Below, piece by piece: positions 49,101 to 61,500 of a stretch of 64,000 nt of DNA. The position numbers and the translations under genes are program-made. Numbering within the stretch: the stretch's first letter is position 1; each line of letters starts with the position of its first letter. The notes under the pieces were generated by a model. That model saw nothing but the letters and a program-made list of their open reading frames with translations. It made no database searches and was not told where the DNA came from. Origin of the DNA: Eledone cirrhosa (taxonomy: Eukaryota); the NCBI GenBank assembly GCA_964016885.1, contig OZ024743.1:140492001-140556000 (forward strand), given 5' to 3'.

Positions 49101-52100
49101 GTGCTTGGTGTTTGGTGCTTGGTGCTTGGTGCTTGATGTTTGGTGTTTGGTGTTAGGTGCTTGGTGCTTGGTGATTGGTGCTTGGTGCTGGGTGGTTGGT
49201 GTTTAGTGCTTGGTGTTTGGTGCTGGGTGCTTGGTGTTTGGTGCTTGGTGCTTGGTCTTTGGTGCTTGGTGTTTGGTGTTTGGTGCTTGGTGCTTGGTGC
49301 TTGGTGTTTGCTGCTTGGTGCTTGGTGTTTGGTGCTTGGTGCTTAGTGTTTGGTGCTTGGTGCTTAGTGTTTGGTGTTTGGTGCTTGGTGCTTGGTGTTT
49401 GGTGCTTACTGTTTGGTGCTTGGTGCTTGGTGTTTGGTGTTTGCTGTTTGCTGTTTGGTGTTTGTTGTTTGGTGTTTGTTGTTTGGTGTTTGCTGTTTGG
49501 TGTTTGGTATTTGCTTTTTGGTGTTTGGTGTTTGCTGTATGTTGTTTGCTGTTTGGTGTTTGGTGTTTGGTGTTTGGTGTTTGGTGCTTGTTGTTTGGTG
49601 TTTGGTGCTTGGTGCTTGGTGTTTGGTGCTTGGTGCTTGGTGTTTGGTGTTTGGTGCTTGGTGCTTGGAGTTTGGTGTTTGGTGCTTGGTGTTTCGTGTT
49701 TCGTGTTTGGTTTTTGGTGCTTGGTGCTTGGTGCTTGGTCCTTGGTGTTTGGTGCTGGGTGCATTGTGTTTGGTGCTTGGTGCTTGGTGCTTGGTGTTTG
49801 GTGTTTGCTGCCTGGTGTTTGATGCTTGGTGCTTGGTGCTTGGTGTTTTGTGTTTGGTGCTTGGTGCTTGGTGTTTGGTGCTTGGTGCTTGGTGCTTGGT
49901 GTTTGTACTTGGTGCTTGGTGATTGGTGTTTGGTTCTTGGTTCTTGGTGTTTGGTGTTTGGCGTTTGGTGTTTGGTGCTTGGTGCTTGGTGTTTGGTGCT
50001 TGGTGCTTGGTGTTTGGTGCCTGGTGCTTGGTGCTTGGAGTTTGGTGTTTGGTGCTTGGTGCTTTGTGTTTTGTGTTTGGTGTTTGGTTTTTGGTGCTTG
50101 GTGCTTGGTCCTTGGTGTTTGGTGCTGGGTGCTTTGTGTTTGGTGCTTGGTGCTTGGTGTTTGGTGTTTGCTGCTTGGTGTTTGATGCTTGGTGCTTGGT
50201 GCTTGGTGTTTTGTGTTTGGTGCTTGGTTCTTGGTGTTTGGTGCTTGGTGCTTGGTACTTGGTGTTTGTACTTGGTGCTTGGTGCTTGGTGTTTGGTTCT
50301 TGGTGTTTGGTACTTGGTGCTTGGTGCTTCATGTTTGGTGTTTGGTGCTTGGTGTCTGGTGCTTGGTGTTTGGTTTTTGGTGCTTGGTGTTTGGTGTTTG
50401 GTGCTTGGTGTTTGGTGTTTGGTGTTTGGTTCTTGGTGCTTGGTGTTTGGTGTTTGGTGTTTGGTGCTTGGTGTCTGGTGCTTGGTGTTTGGTGTTTGGT
50501 GCTTGGTGTTTGGTGTTTGGTGTTTGGTGCTTGGTGCTTGGTGCTTGCTGTTTGGTGTTTGGTGCTTGGTGCTTGGTGTTTGGTGCTTGGTGCTGGGTGC
50601 TTGGTGTTTGGTGCTGGGTGCTTGGTGTTTGGTGCTTGGTGCTTGGTCTTTGGTGCTTGGTGTTTGGTGCTTGGTGCTTGGTGCTTGGTGTTTGGTGCTT
50701 GGTGCTTGGTGTTTGGTGCTTGGTGCTTGGTGTTTGGTTTTTGGTGCTTGGTGCTTGGTGTTTGGTGTTTGGTGCTTGCTGCTGGCTGCTTGGTGTTTGA
50801 TGCATGGTGATTGGTGCTTGGTGTTTGGTGCTTGGTGTTTGGTGTTTGATGCTTGGTGCTTGGTGCTTGGTGTTTGGTGCTTCGTGCTTGGTGTTTGGTG
50901 CTTGGTGTTTGGTGCTTGGTGTTTGGTGCTTGGTGTTTGGTGCTTGGTGCTTGGTGCTTGGTGCTTGGTGTTTGGTGGTTGGTGCTTGGTGCTTGGTGTT
51001 AGGTGTTTGGTGCTTGGTGCTTGGTGTTTGGTGTTTGGTGCTTGGTGTTTGGTGTTTGGTGCTTGGTGTTTGGTGCTTGGTACTTGGTGCTTGGTACTTG
51101 GTGTTAGGTGTTTGGTGCTTGGTGCTTGGTGTCTGGTTTTTGGTGCTTGGTGCTTGGTGTTTGGTGTTTGGTGCTTGCTGCTGGCTGCTTGGTGTTTGGT
51201 GCTTGGTGATTGGTGCTTGGTGTTTGGTGCTTGGTGTTTGGTGTTTGGTGCTTGGTGATTGGTGTTTGTACTTGGTGCTTGGTGCTTGGTTCTTGGTGTT
51301 TGGTGCTTGGTGCTTGGTGTTTGGTGTTATATGCTTGGTGTTTGATGCTTGGTGCTTGGTGCTTGGTGTTTGGTGTTTGGTGTTTGTACTTGGTGCTTGG
51401 TGCTTGGTGCTTGGTGTTTGGTGCTTGGTGTTTGGTGCTTGGTGCTTGGTGATTGGTCCTTGGTGCTTGGTGTTTGGTGGTTGGTGTTTGGTGGTTGGTG
51501 TTTGGTGCTTGGTGTTAGGTGTTTGGTGCTTGGTGTTTGGTGTTTGGTGCTTGGTGTTTGGTGTTTGGTGCTTGGTGTTTGGTGCTTGGTACTTGGTGCT
51601 TGGTGCTTGGTGTTAGGTGTTTGGTGCTTGGTGTTTGGTGCTTGGTGTTTGGTGCTTGGTGCTTGGTGCTTGGTGCTTTGTGTTTGGTGGTTGGTGTTTG
51701 GTGGTTGGTGTTTGGTGCTTGGTGTTAGGTGTTTGTTGCTTGGTGCTTGGTGTTTGGTGTTTGGTGCTTGGTGTTTGGTGTTTGGTGCTTTTTGCTTGGT
51801 GCTTGGTGCTTGGTGTTTGGTGCTGGGTGCTTGGTGCTTGGTGTTTGGTGATATATGCTTGGTGTTTGATGCTTGGTGCTTGGTGCTTGGTGTTTGGTGT
51901 TTGGTGCTTGGTGTTTGATGCTTGGTGCTTGGTGCTTGGTGTTTGGTGCTTGGTGCTTCGTGTTTGGTGCTTGGTGCTTGGTGTTTGGTGCTTGGTGTTT
52001 GGTGCTTGGTGTTTGGTGCTTGGTGCTTGGTGCTTGGTGCTTGGTGTTTGGTGGTTGGTGCTTGGTGCTTGGTGTTTGGTGTTTGGTGCTTGGTGTTTGG

Positions 52101-52264
52101 TGTTTGGTGCTTGGTGTTTGGTGCTTGGTACTTGGTGCTTGGTGCTTGGTGTTAGGTGTTTGGTGATTGGTGCTTGGTGTCTGGTTTTTGGTGCTTGGTG
52201 CTTGGTGTTTGGTGCTTGCTGCTGGCTGCTTGGTGTTTGGTGCTTGGTGATTGGTGCTTGGTGT

Positions 52265-55200
52265 TTGGTGCTTGGTGTTTGGTGTTTGGTGCTAGGTGCT
52301 TGGTGTTTGGTGCTTGGTGCTTGGTGTTTGTACTTGGTGCTTGGTGCTTGGTTCTTGGTGTTTGGTGCTTGGTGCTTGGTGTTTGGTGCTTGGTGCTTGG
52401 TGTTTGGTGCTTGGTGTTTGGTGCTTGGTGTTTAGTGCTTGGTGCTTGGTGCTTGGTGTTTGGTGCTTGGTGTTTGGTGCTTGGTGTTAGGTGTTCGGTG
52501 CTTGGTGCTTGGTGTTTGGTGTTTGGTGCTTGGTGTTTGGTGTTTGGTGTTATATGCTTGGTGTTTGATGCTTGGTGCTTGGTGCTTGGTGTTTGGTGCT
52601 TCGTGTTTGATGCTTGGTGCTTGGTGCTTGGTGTTTGGTGCTTGGTGCTTGGTGTTTGTACTTGGTGCTTGGTGCTTGGTTCTTGGTGTTCGGTGCTTGG
52701 TGCTTGGTGTTTGGTGTTTGGTGCTTGGTGTTTGGTGTTTGGTGTTATATGCTTGGTGTTTGATGCTTGGTGCTTGGTGCTTGGTGTTTGGTGCTTCGTG
52801 TTTGATGCTTGGTGCTTGGTGCTTGGTGTTTGGTGCTTGGTGCTTGGTGTTTGTACTTGGTGCTTGGTGCTTGGTTCTTGGTGTTTGGTGCTTGGTGCTT
52901 GGTGCTTGGTGCTTGGTGCTTGGTTCTTGGTGTTTGGTGCTTGGTGTTAGGTGTTTGGTGCTTGGTGCTTGGTGTTTGGTGTTTGGTGCTTGGTGTTTGA
53001 TGCTTGGTGTTTGGTGTTAGGTGTTTGGTGCTTGGTGTTTGGTGTTTGGTGCTTGGTGTTTGGTGCTTGGTGTTTGGTGCTTGGTGTTTGGTGCTTGGTA
53101 CTTGGTGCTTGGTGCTTGTTGTTAGGTGTTTGGTGCTTGGTGCTTGGTGTTTGGTGTTTGGTGCTTGGTGCTGGGTGGTTGGTGTTTAGTGCTTGGTGTT
53201 TGGTGCTGGGTGCTTGGTGTTTGGTGCTAGGTGCTTGGTGTTTGGTGCCTGGTGCTTGGTGTTTGGTGTTTGGTGTTTGGTGCTTGGTGCTTGGTGTTTG
53301 GTGTTTGCTGTTTGCTGTTTGGTGTTTGTTGTTTGGTGTTTGTTGTTTGGTGTTTGCTGTTTGGTGTTTGGTGTTTGCTTTTTGGTGTTTGGTGTTTGGT
53401 GCTTGGTGTTTGGCGCTTGGTGTTTGGTGCTTGGTGCTTGGTGTTTGGTGCCTGGTGCTTGGTGCTTGGTGCTTGGTGTTTGGTGTTTGGTGCTTGGTGC
53501 TTGGATTTTGGTGTTTGGTGCTTGGTGCTTGGTGTTTCGTGTTTCATGTTTGGTTTTTGGTGATTGGTGCTTGGTGCTTGGTCCTTGGTGTTTGGTGCTG
53601 GGTGCTTTGTGTTTGGTGCTTGGTGCTTGGTGCTTGGTGTTTGGTGTTTGCTGCTTGGTGTTTGATGCTTGGTGCTTGGTGCTTGGTGTTTTGTGTTTGG
53701 TGCTTGGTGCTTGGTGTTTGGTGCTTGGTGCTTGGTGCTTGGTGTTTGTACTTGGTTCTTGGTGATTGGTGTTTGGTTCTTGGTTCTTGGTGTTTGGTGT
53801 TTGGCGTTTGGTGTTTGGTGCTTGGTGCTTGGTGTTTGGTGCTTGGTGCTTGATGTTTGGTGCCTGGTGCTTGGTGCTTGGTGCTTGGTGTTTGGTGTTT
53901 GGTGCTTGGTGCTTGGTGCTTGGAGTTTGGTGTTTGGTGCTTGGTGCTTGGTGTTTTGTGTTTGGTGTTTGGTTTTTGGTGCTTGCTGCTTGGTGCTTGG
54001 TGTTTGGTGCTGGGTGCTTTGTGTTTGGTGCTTGGTGCTTGGTGTTTGGTGTTTGCTGCTTGGTGTTTGATGCTTGGTGCTTGGTGCTTGGTGTTTTGTG
54101 TTTGGTGCTTGGTTCTTGGTGTTTGGTGCTTGGTGCTTGGTGCTTGGTGTTTGTACTTGGTGCTTGGTACTTGGTGTTTGGTTCTTGGTTCTTGGTGTTT
54201 GGTACTTGGTGCTTGGTGCTTGATGTTTGGTGTTTGGTGCTTGGTGTTTGGTGCTTGGTGCTTGGTGCTTGGTGTTAGGTGTTTGGTGATTGGTACTTGG
54301 TGTTTGGTGCTTGGTGTTTGCTGTTTGCTGTTTGGTGTTTGGTGTTTGGTGTTTGGTGTTTGCTGTTTGGTGTCTCCTTTTTGGTGTTTAGTGTTTGCTG
54401 TATGGTGTTTGGTGTTTGCTGTTTGGTGTTTGGTCTTTGGTGCTTGGTGTTTGGTGCTTGGTGCTTGGTGTTTGGTGTTTGGTGCTTGGTGCTTGGTGTT
54501 TGGTGTTTGGTGCTTGGTGTTTGGTGTTTGGTGCTTGGTGTCTGGTGCTTGGTGTTTGGTGTTTGGTGCTTGGTGTTTGGTGTTTGGTGCTTGGTGTTTG
54601 GTGTTTGGTGTTTGGTGCTTCGTGCTTGGTGTTTGGTGTTTGGTGTTTGGTGCTTGGTGTCTGGTGCTTGGTGTTTGGTGTTTGGTGCTTGGTGTTTGGT
54701 GTTTGGTGTTTGGTGCTTGGTGCTTGGTGCTTGGTGTTTGGTGTTTGGTGTTTGGTGTTTGGTGCTTGGTGCTTGGTGTTTGGTGCTTGGTGCTGGGTCT
54801 TTGGTGCTTGGTGTTTGGTGCTTGGTGCTTGGTGCTTGGTGTTTGGTGCTTGGTGCTTGGTGTTTGGTGCTTGGTGCTTGGTGTTTGGTTTTTGGTGCTT
54901 GCTGCTGGCTACGTGGTGTTTGATGCGTGGTGATTGGTGCTTGGTGTTTGGTGCTTGGTGTTTGGTGTTTGATGCTTGGTGCTTGGTGCTTGGTGTTTGG
55001 TGCTTGGTGCTTGGTGTTTGGTGCTTGGTGCTTGGTGTTTGGTGCTTGGTGTTTGGTGCTTGGTGCTTGGTGTTTGGTGTTTGGTGCTTGGTGTTTGGTG
55101 CTTGGTACTTGGTGCTTGGTGCTTGGTGTTAGGTGTTTGGTGCTTGGTGCTTGGTATCTGGTTTTTGGTGCTTGGTGCTTGGTGTTTGGTGTTTGGTGCT

Positions 55201-58200
55201 TGCTGCTGGCTGCTTGGTGTTTGGTGCTTGGTGATTGCTGCTTGGTGTTTGGTGCTTGGTGTTTGGTGTTATATGCTTGGTGTTTGATGCTTGGTGCTTG
55301 GTGCTTGGTGTTTGGTGTTTGGTGTTTGATGCTTGGTGCTTGGTGTTTGGTGCTTGGTGCTTGGTGTTTGTACTTGGTGCTTGGTGCTTGGTGTTTGGTG
55401 TTTGGTGCTAGGTGCTTGGTGTTTGGTGCTTGGTGCTTGGTGTTTGTACTTGGTGCTTGGTGCTTGGTTCTTGGTGTTTGGTGCTTGGTGCTTGGTGTTT
55501 GGTGCTTGGTGCTTGGTGTTTGGTGCTTGGTGTTTGGTGCTTGGTGTTTAGTGCTTGGTGCTTGGTGCTTGGTGTTTGGTGCTTGGTGTTTGGTGCTTGG
55601 TGTTAGGTGTTCGGTGCTTGGTGCTTGGTGTTTGGTGTTTGGTGCTTGGTGTTTGGTGTTTGGTGTTATATGCTTGGTGTTTGATGCTTGGTGCTTGGTG
55701 CTTGGTGTTTGGTGCTTCGTGTTTGATGCTTGGTGCTTGGTGCTTGGTGTTTGGTGCTTGGTGCTTGGTGTTTGTACTTGGTGCTTGGTGCTTGGTTCTT
55801 GGTGTTCGGTGCTTGGTGCTTGGTGTTTGGTGTTTGGTGCTTGGTGTTTGGTGTTTGGTGTTATATGCTTGGTGTTTGATGCTTGGTGCTTGGTGCTTGG
55901 TGTTTGGTGCTTCGTGTTTGATGCTTGGTGCTTGGTGCTTGGTGTTTGGTGCTTGGTGCTTGGTGTTTGTACTTGGTGCTTGGTGCTTGGTTCTTGGTGT
56001 TTGGTGCTTGGTGCTTGGTGCTTGGTGCTTGGTGCTTGGTTCTTGGTGTTTGGTGCTTGGTGTTAGGTGTTTGGTGCTTGGTGCTTGGTGTTTGGTGTTT
56101 GGTGCTTGGTGTTTGATGCTTGGTGTTTGGTGTTAGGTGTTTGGTGCTTGGTGTTTGGTGTTTGGTGCTTGGTGTTTGGTGCTTGGTGTTTGGTGCTTGG
56201 TGTTTGGTGCTTGGTACTTGGTGCTTGGTGCTTGTTGTTAGGTGTTTGGTGCTTGGTGCTTGGTGTTTGGTGTTTGGTGCTTGGTGCTGGGTGGTTGGTG
56301 TTTAGTGCTTGGTGTTTGGTGCTGGGTGCTTGGTGTTTGGTGCTAGGTGCTTGGTGTTTGGTGCCTGGTGCTTGGTGTTTGGTGTTTGGTGTTTGGTGCT
56401 TGGTGCTTGGTGTTTGGTGTTTGCTGTTTGCTGTTTGGTGTTTGTTGTTTGGTGTTTGTTGTTTGGTGTTTGCTGTTTGGTGTTTGGTGTTTGCTTTTTG
56501 GTGTTTGGTGTTTGGTGCTTGGTGTTTGGCGCTTGGTGTTTGGTGCTTGGTGCTTGGTGTTTGGTGCCTGGTGCTTGGTGCTTGGTGCTTGGTGTTTGGT
56601 GTTTGGTGCTTGGTGCTTGGATTTTGGTGTTTGGTGCTTGGTGCTTGGTGTTTCGTGTTTCATGTTTGGTTTTTGGTGATTGGTGCTTGGTGCTTGGTCC
56701 TTGGTGTTTGGTGCTGGGTGCTTTGTGTTTGGTGCTTGGTGCTTGGTGCTTGGTGTTTGGTGTTTGCTGCTTGGTGTTTGATGCTTGGTGCTTGGTGCTT
56801 GGTGTTTTGTGTTTGGTGCTTGGTGCTTGGTGTTTGGTGCTTGGTGCTTGGTGCTTGGTGTTTGTACTTGGTTCTTGGTGATTGGTGTTTGGTTCTTGGT
56901 TCTTGGTGTTTGGTGTTTTGCGTTTGGTGTTTGGTGCTTGGTGCTTGGTGTTTGGTGCTTGGTGCTTGATGTTTGGTGCCTGGTGCTTGGTGCTTGGTGC
57001 TTGGTGTTTGGTGTTTGGTGCTTGGTGCTTGGTGCTTGGAGTTTGGTGTTTGGTGCTTGGTGCTTGGTGTTTTGTGTTTGGTGTTTGGTTTTTGGTGCTT
57101 GCTGCTTGGTGCTTGGTGTTTGGTGCTGGGTGCTTTGTGTTTGGTGCTTGGTGCTTGGTGTTTGGTGTTTGCTGCTTGGTGTTTGATGCTTGGTGCTTGG
57201 TGCTTGGTGTTTTGTGTTTGGTGCTTGGTTCTTGGTGTTTGGTGCTTGGTGCTTGGTGCTTGGTGTTTGTACTTGGTGCTTGGTACTTGGTGTTTGGTTC
57301 TTGGTTCTTGGTGTTTGGTACTTGGTGCTTGGTGCTTGATGTTTGGTGTTTGGTGCTTGGTGTTTGGTGCTTGGTGCTTGGTGCTTGGTGTTAGGTGTTT
57401 GGTGATTGGTACTTGGTGTTTGGTGCTTGGTGTTTGCTGTTTGCTGTTTGGTGTTTGGTGTTTGGTGTTTGGTGTTTGCTGTTTGGTGTCTCCTTTTTGG
57501 TGTTTAGTGTTTGCTGTATGGTGTTTGGTGTTTGCTGTTTGGTGTTTGGTCTTTGGTGCTTGGTGTTTGGTGCTTGGTGCTTGGTGTTTGGTGTTTGGTG
57601 CTTGGTGCTTGGTGTTTGGTGTTTGGTGCTTGGTGTTTGGTGTTTGGTGCTTGGTGTCTGGTGCTTGGTGTTTGGTGTTTGGTGCTTGGTGTTTGGTGTT
57701 TGGTGCTTGGTGTTTGGTGTTTGGTGTTTGGTGCTTCGTGCTTGGTGTTTGGTGTTTGGTGTTTGGTGCTTGGTGTCTGGTGCTTGGTGTTTGGTGTTTG
57801 GTGCTTGGTGTTTGGTGTTTGGTGTTTGGTGCTTGGTGCTTGGTGCTTGGTGTTTGGTGTTTGGTGTTTGGTGTTTGGTGCTTGGTGCTTGGTGTTTGGT
57901 GCTTGGTGCTGGGTCTTTGGTGCTTGGTGTTTGGTGCTTGGTGCTTGGTGCTTGGTGTTTGGTGCTTGGTGCTTGGTGTTTGGTGCTTGGTGCTTGGTGT
58001 TTGGTTTTTGGTGCTTGCTGCTGGCTACGTGGTGTTTGATGCGTGGTGATTGGTGCTTGGTGTTTGGTGCTTGGTGTTTGGTGTTTGATGCTTGGTGCTT
58101 GGTGCTTGGTGTTTGGTGCTTGGTGCTTGGTGTTTGGTGCTTGGTGCTTGGTGTTTGGTGCTTGGTGTTTGGTGCTTGGTGCTTGGTGTTTGGTGTTTGG

Positions 58201-58509
58201 TGCTTGGTGTTTGGTGCTTGGTACTTGGTGCTTGGTGCTTGGTGTTAGGTGTTTGGTGCTTGGTGCTTGGTATCTGGTTTTTGGTGCTTGGTGCTTGGTG
58301 TTTGGTGTTTGGTGCTTGCTGCTGGCTGCTTGGTGTTTGGTGCTTGGTGATTGCTGCTTGGTGTTTGGTGCTTGGTGTTTGGTGTTATATGCTTGGTGTT
58401 TGATGCTTGGTGCTTGGTGCTTGGTGTTTGGTGTTTGGTGTTTGATGCTTGGTGCTTGGTGTTTGGTGCTTGGTGCTTGGTGTTTGTACTTGGTGCTTGG
58501 TGCTTGGTG
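52265..58509. repeat. Tandem higher-order duplication, period 3116 bp
   Basis: ORF pairs 52296/55412, 52951/56067, 53227/56343, 54279/57395 and 54927/58043. Private variants GGCTACGTGG...GATGCGTGG and GTCTCCTTT are shared. 3116 = 446x7-6, with six TTGTAC monomers. I noticed one substitution (about 53803 vs 56919). Confidence 0.95.
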
Positions 58510-61500
58510 CTTGGTGTTTGGGGCTTGGTGTTTGGTGCTTGGTGCTTGGTGCTTGGTCCTTGGTGCTTGGTGTTTGGTGGTTGGTGTTTGGTGCTTGGTG
58601 TTAGGTGTTTGGTGCTTGGTGCTTGGTGTTTGGTGTTTGGTGCTTGGTGTTTAGTGTTTGGTGCTTGGTGTTTGGTGCTTGGTACTTGGTGCTTGGTGCT
58701 TGGTGTTAGGTGTTTGGTGCTTGGTGTTTGGTGCTTGGTGTTCGGTGCTTGGTACTTGGTGCTTGGTGCTTGCTGTTTGGTGGTTGGTGTTTGGTGCTTG
58801 GTGTTTGGTGCTTGGTGTTAGGTGTTTGGTGCTTGGTGCTTGGTGTTTGGTGTTTGGTGCTTGGTGCTTGGTGCTTGGTGCTTGGTGTTTGGTGGTTGGT
58901 GTTTGGTGTTTGGTGCTTGGTGTTAGGTGTTTGGTGTTTGGTGGTTGGTGTTTGGTGCTTGGTGTTTGGTGCTTGGTGTTAGGTGTTTGGTGCTTGGTGT
59001 TAGGTGTTTGGTGCTTGGTGCTTGGTGTTTGGTACTTGGTGCTTGGTGTTTGGTACTTGGTGTTTGGTGCTTGGTGTTTGGTGCTTGGTGCTTGGTGCTT
59101 GGTGTTTGGTGCTTGGTGTTTGGTGCTTGGTGTTAGGTGTTTGGTGCTTGGTGCTTGGTGTTTGGTGTTTGGTGCTTGGTGTTTGGTGTTTGGTGTTATA
59201 TGCTTGGTGTTTGATGCTTGGTGCTTGGTGCTTGGTGTTTGGTGCTTGGTGTTTGATGCTTGGTGCTTGGTGCTTGGTGTTTGGTGCTTGGTGCTTGGTG
59301 TTTGTACTTGGTGCTTGGTGCTTGGTTCTTGGTGTTTGGTGTTTTGTGCTTGGTGCTTGGTGTTTGGTGCTTGGTGTTTGGTGCTTGGTGTTTGGTGCTT
59401 GGTGCTTGGTGCTTGGTGTTTGGTGCTTGGTGTTTGGTGCTTGGTGTTAGGGGTTTGGTGCTTGGTGCTTGGTGTTTGGTGCTTGGTGTTTGGTGCTTGG
59501 TGTTTGGTGTTAGGTGTTTGGTGCTTGGTGTTTGGTGCTTGGTGTTTGGTGCTTGGTGTTTGGTGCTTGGTACTTGGTGCTTGATGCTTGGTGTTAGGTG
59601 TTTGGTGCTTGGTGCTTGGTGTTTGGTTTTTGGTGCTTGGTGCTTGGTGTTTGGTGTTTGGTGCTTGCTGCTGGCTGCTTGGTGTTTGATGCTTGGTGAT
59701 TGGTGCTTGGTGTTTTGTGCTTGGTGTTTGGTGTTTGGTGCTAGGTGCTTGGTGTTTGGTGCTTGGTGCTTGGTGCTTGGTGCTTGGTGTTTGGTGCTTG
59801 GTGCTTGGTGTTTGGTGCTTGGTGCTGGGTGGTTGGTGTTTAGTGCTTGGTGTTTGGTGCTGGGTGCTTGGTGTTTGGTGTTTGGTGCTTGGTGCTTGGT
59901 GCTTGGTGCTTAGTGTTTGGTGCTTGTGTGCTTGGTGCTTGGTGTTTGGTGCTTGGTGTTTGGTGCTTGGTGTTTGGTGCTTGGTGCTTGGTGCTTGGTG
60001 CTTGGTGTTTGGTGCTTGGTGTTAGGTGTTTGGTGCTTGGTGCTTGGTGTTTGGTGTTTGGTGCTTGGTGTTTGGTGCTTGGTGTTTGGTGTTAGGTGTT
60101 TGGTGCTTGGTGTTTGGTGTTTGGTGCTTGGTGTTTGGTGCTTGGTGTTTGGTGCTTGGTGTTTGGTGCTTGGTACTTGGTGCTTGGTGCTTGGTGTTAG
60201 GTGTTTGGTGCTTGGTGCTTGGTGTTTGGTTTTTGGTGCTTGGTGCTTGGTGGTTGGTGTTTGGTGCTTGCTGCTGGCTGCTTGGTGTTTGATGCTTGGT
60301 GATTGGTGCTTGGTGTTTTGGGCTTGGTGTTTGGTGTTTGGTGCTAGGTGCTTGGTGTTTGGTGCTTGGTGCTTGGTGCTTGGTGTTTGGTGTTTGGTGC
60401 TTGGTGCTTGGTGTTTGGTGCTTGGTGCTGGGTGGTTGGTGTTTAGTGCTTGGTGTTTAGTGCTGGGTGCTTGGTGTTTGGTGCTTGGTGCTTGGTCTTT
60501 GGTGCTTGGTGTTTGGTGTTTGGTGCTTGGTGCTTGGTGCTTGGTGTTTGGTGCTTGGTGCTTGGTGCTTGGTGTTTGGTGCTTGGTGCTTAGTGTTTGG
60601 TGCTTGGTGCTTAGTGTTTGGTGCTAGGTGCTTGGTGTTTGGTGCTTGGTGCTTGGTGTTTGGTGCCTGGTGCTTGGTGTTTGGTGTTTGGTGTTTGGTG
60701 CTTGGTGCTTGGTGTTTGGTGTTTGTTGTTTGGTGTTTGTTGTTTGGTGTTTGTTGTTTGGTGTTTGCTGTTTGGTGTTTGGTGTTTGCTTTTTGGTGTT
60801 TGGTGTTTGCTGTATGTTGTTTGCTGTTTGGTGTTTGGTGTTTGGTGTTTGGTGCTTGGTGTTTGGTGCTTGGTGCTTGGTATTTGGTGCCTGGTGCTTG
60901 GTGCTTGGTGCTTGGTGTTTGGTGTTTTGTGCTTGGTGCTTGGATTTTGGTGTTTGGTGCTTGGTGATTGGTGATTCGTGTTTCGTGTTTGGTTTTTGGT
61001 GATTGGTGCTTGGTGCTTGGTCCTTGGTGTTTGGTGCTGGGTGCTTTGTGTTTGGTGCTTGGTGCTTGGTGCTTGGTGTTTGGTGTTTGCTGCTTGGTGT
61101 TTGATGCTTGGTGCTTGGTGCTTGGTGTTTTGTGTTTGGTGCTTGGTGCTTGGTGTTTGGTGCTTGGTGCTTGGTGCTTGGTGTTTGTACTTGGTGCTTG
61201 GTGATTGGTGTTTGGTTCTTGGTTCTTGGTGTTTGGTGTTTGGCGTTTGGTGTTTGGTGTTTGGTGCTTGGTGTTTGGTGCTTGGTGCTTGGTGTTTGGT
61301 GCCTGGTGCTTGGTGCTTGGTGTTTGGTGTTTGGTGCTTGGTGCTTGGTGCTTGGAGTTTGGTGTTTGGTGCTTGGTGCTTGGTGTTTTGTGTTTGGTGT
61401 TTGGTTTTTGGTCCTTGGTGCATGGTCCTTGGTGTTTGGTGCTGGGTGCTTTGTGTTTGGTGCTTGGTGCTTGGTGTTTGGTGTTTCCTGCTTGGTGTTT

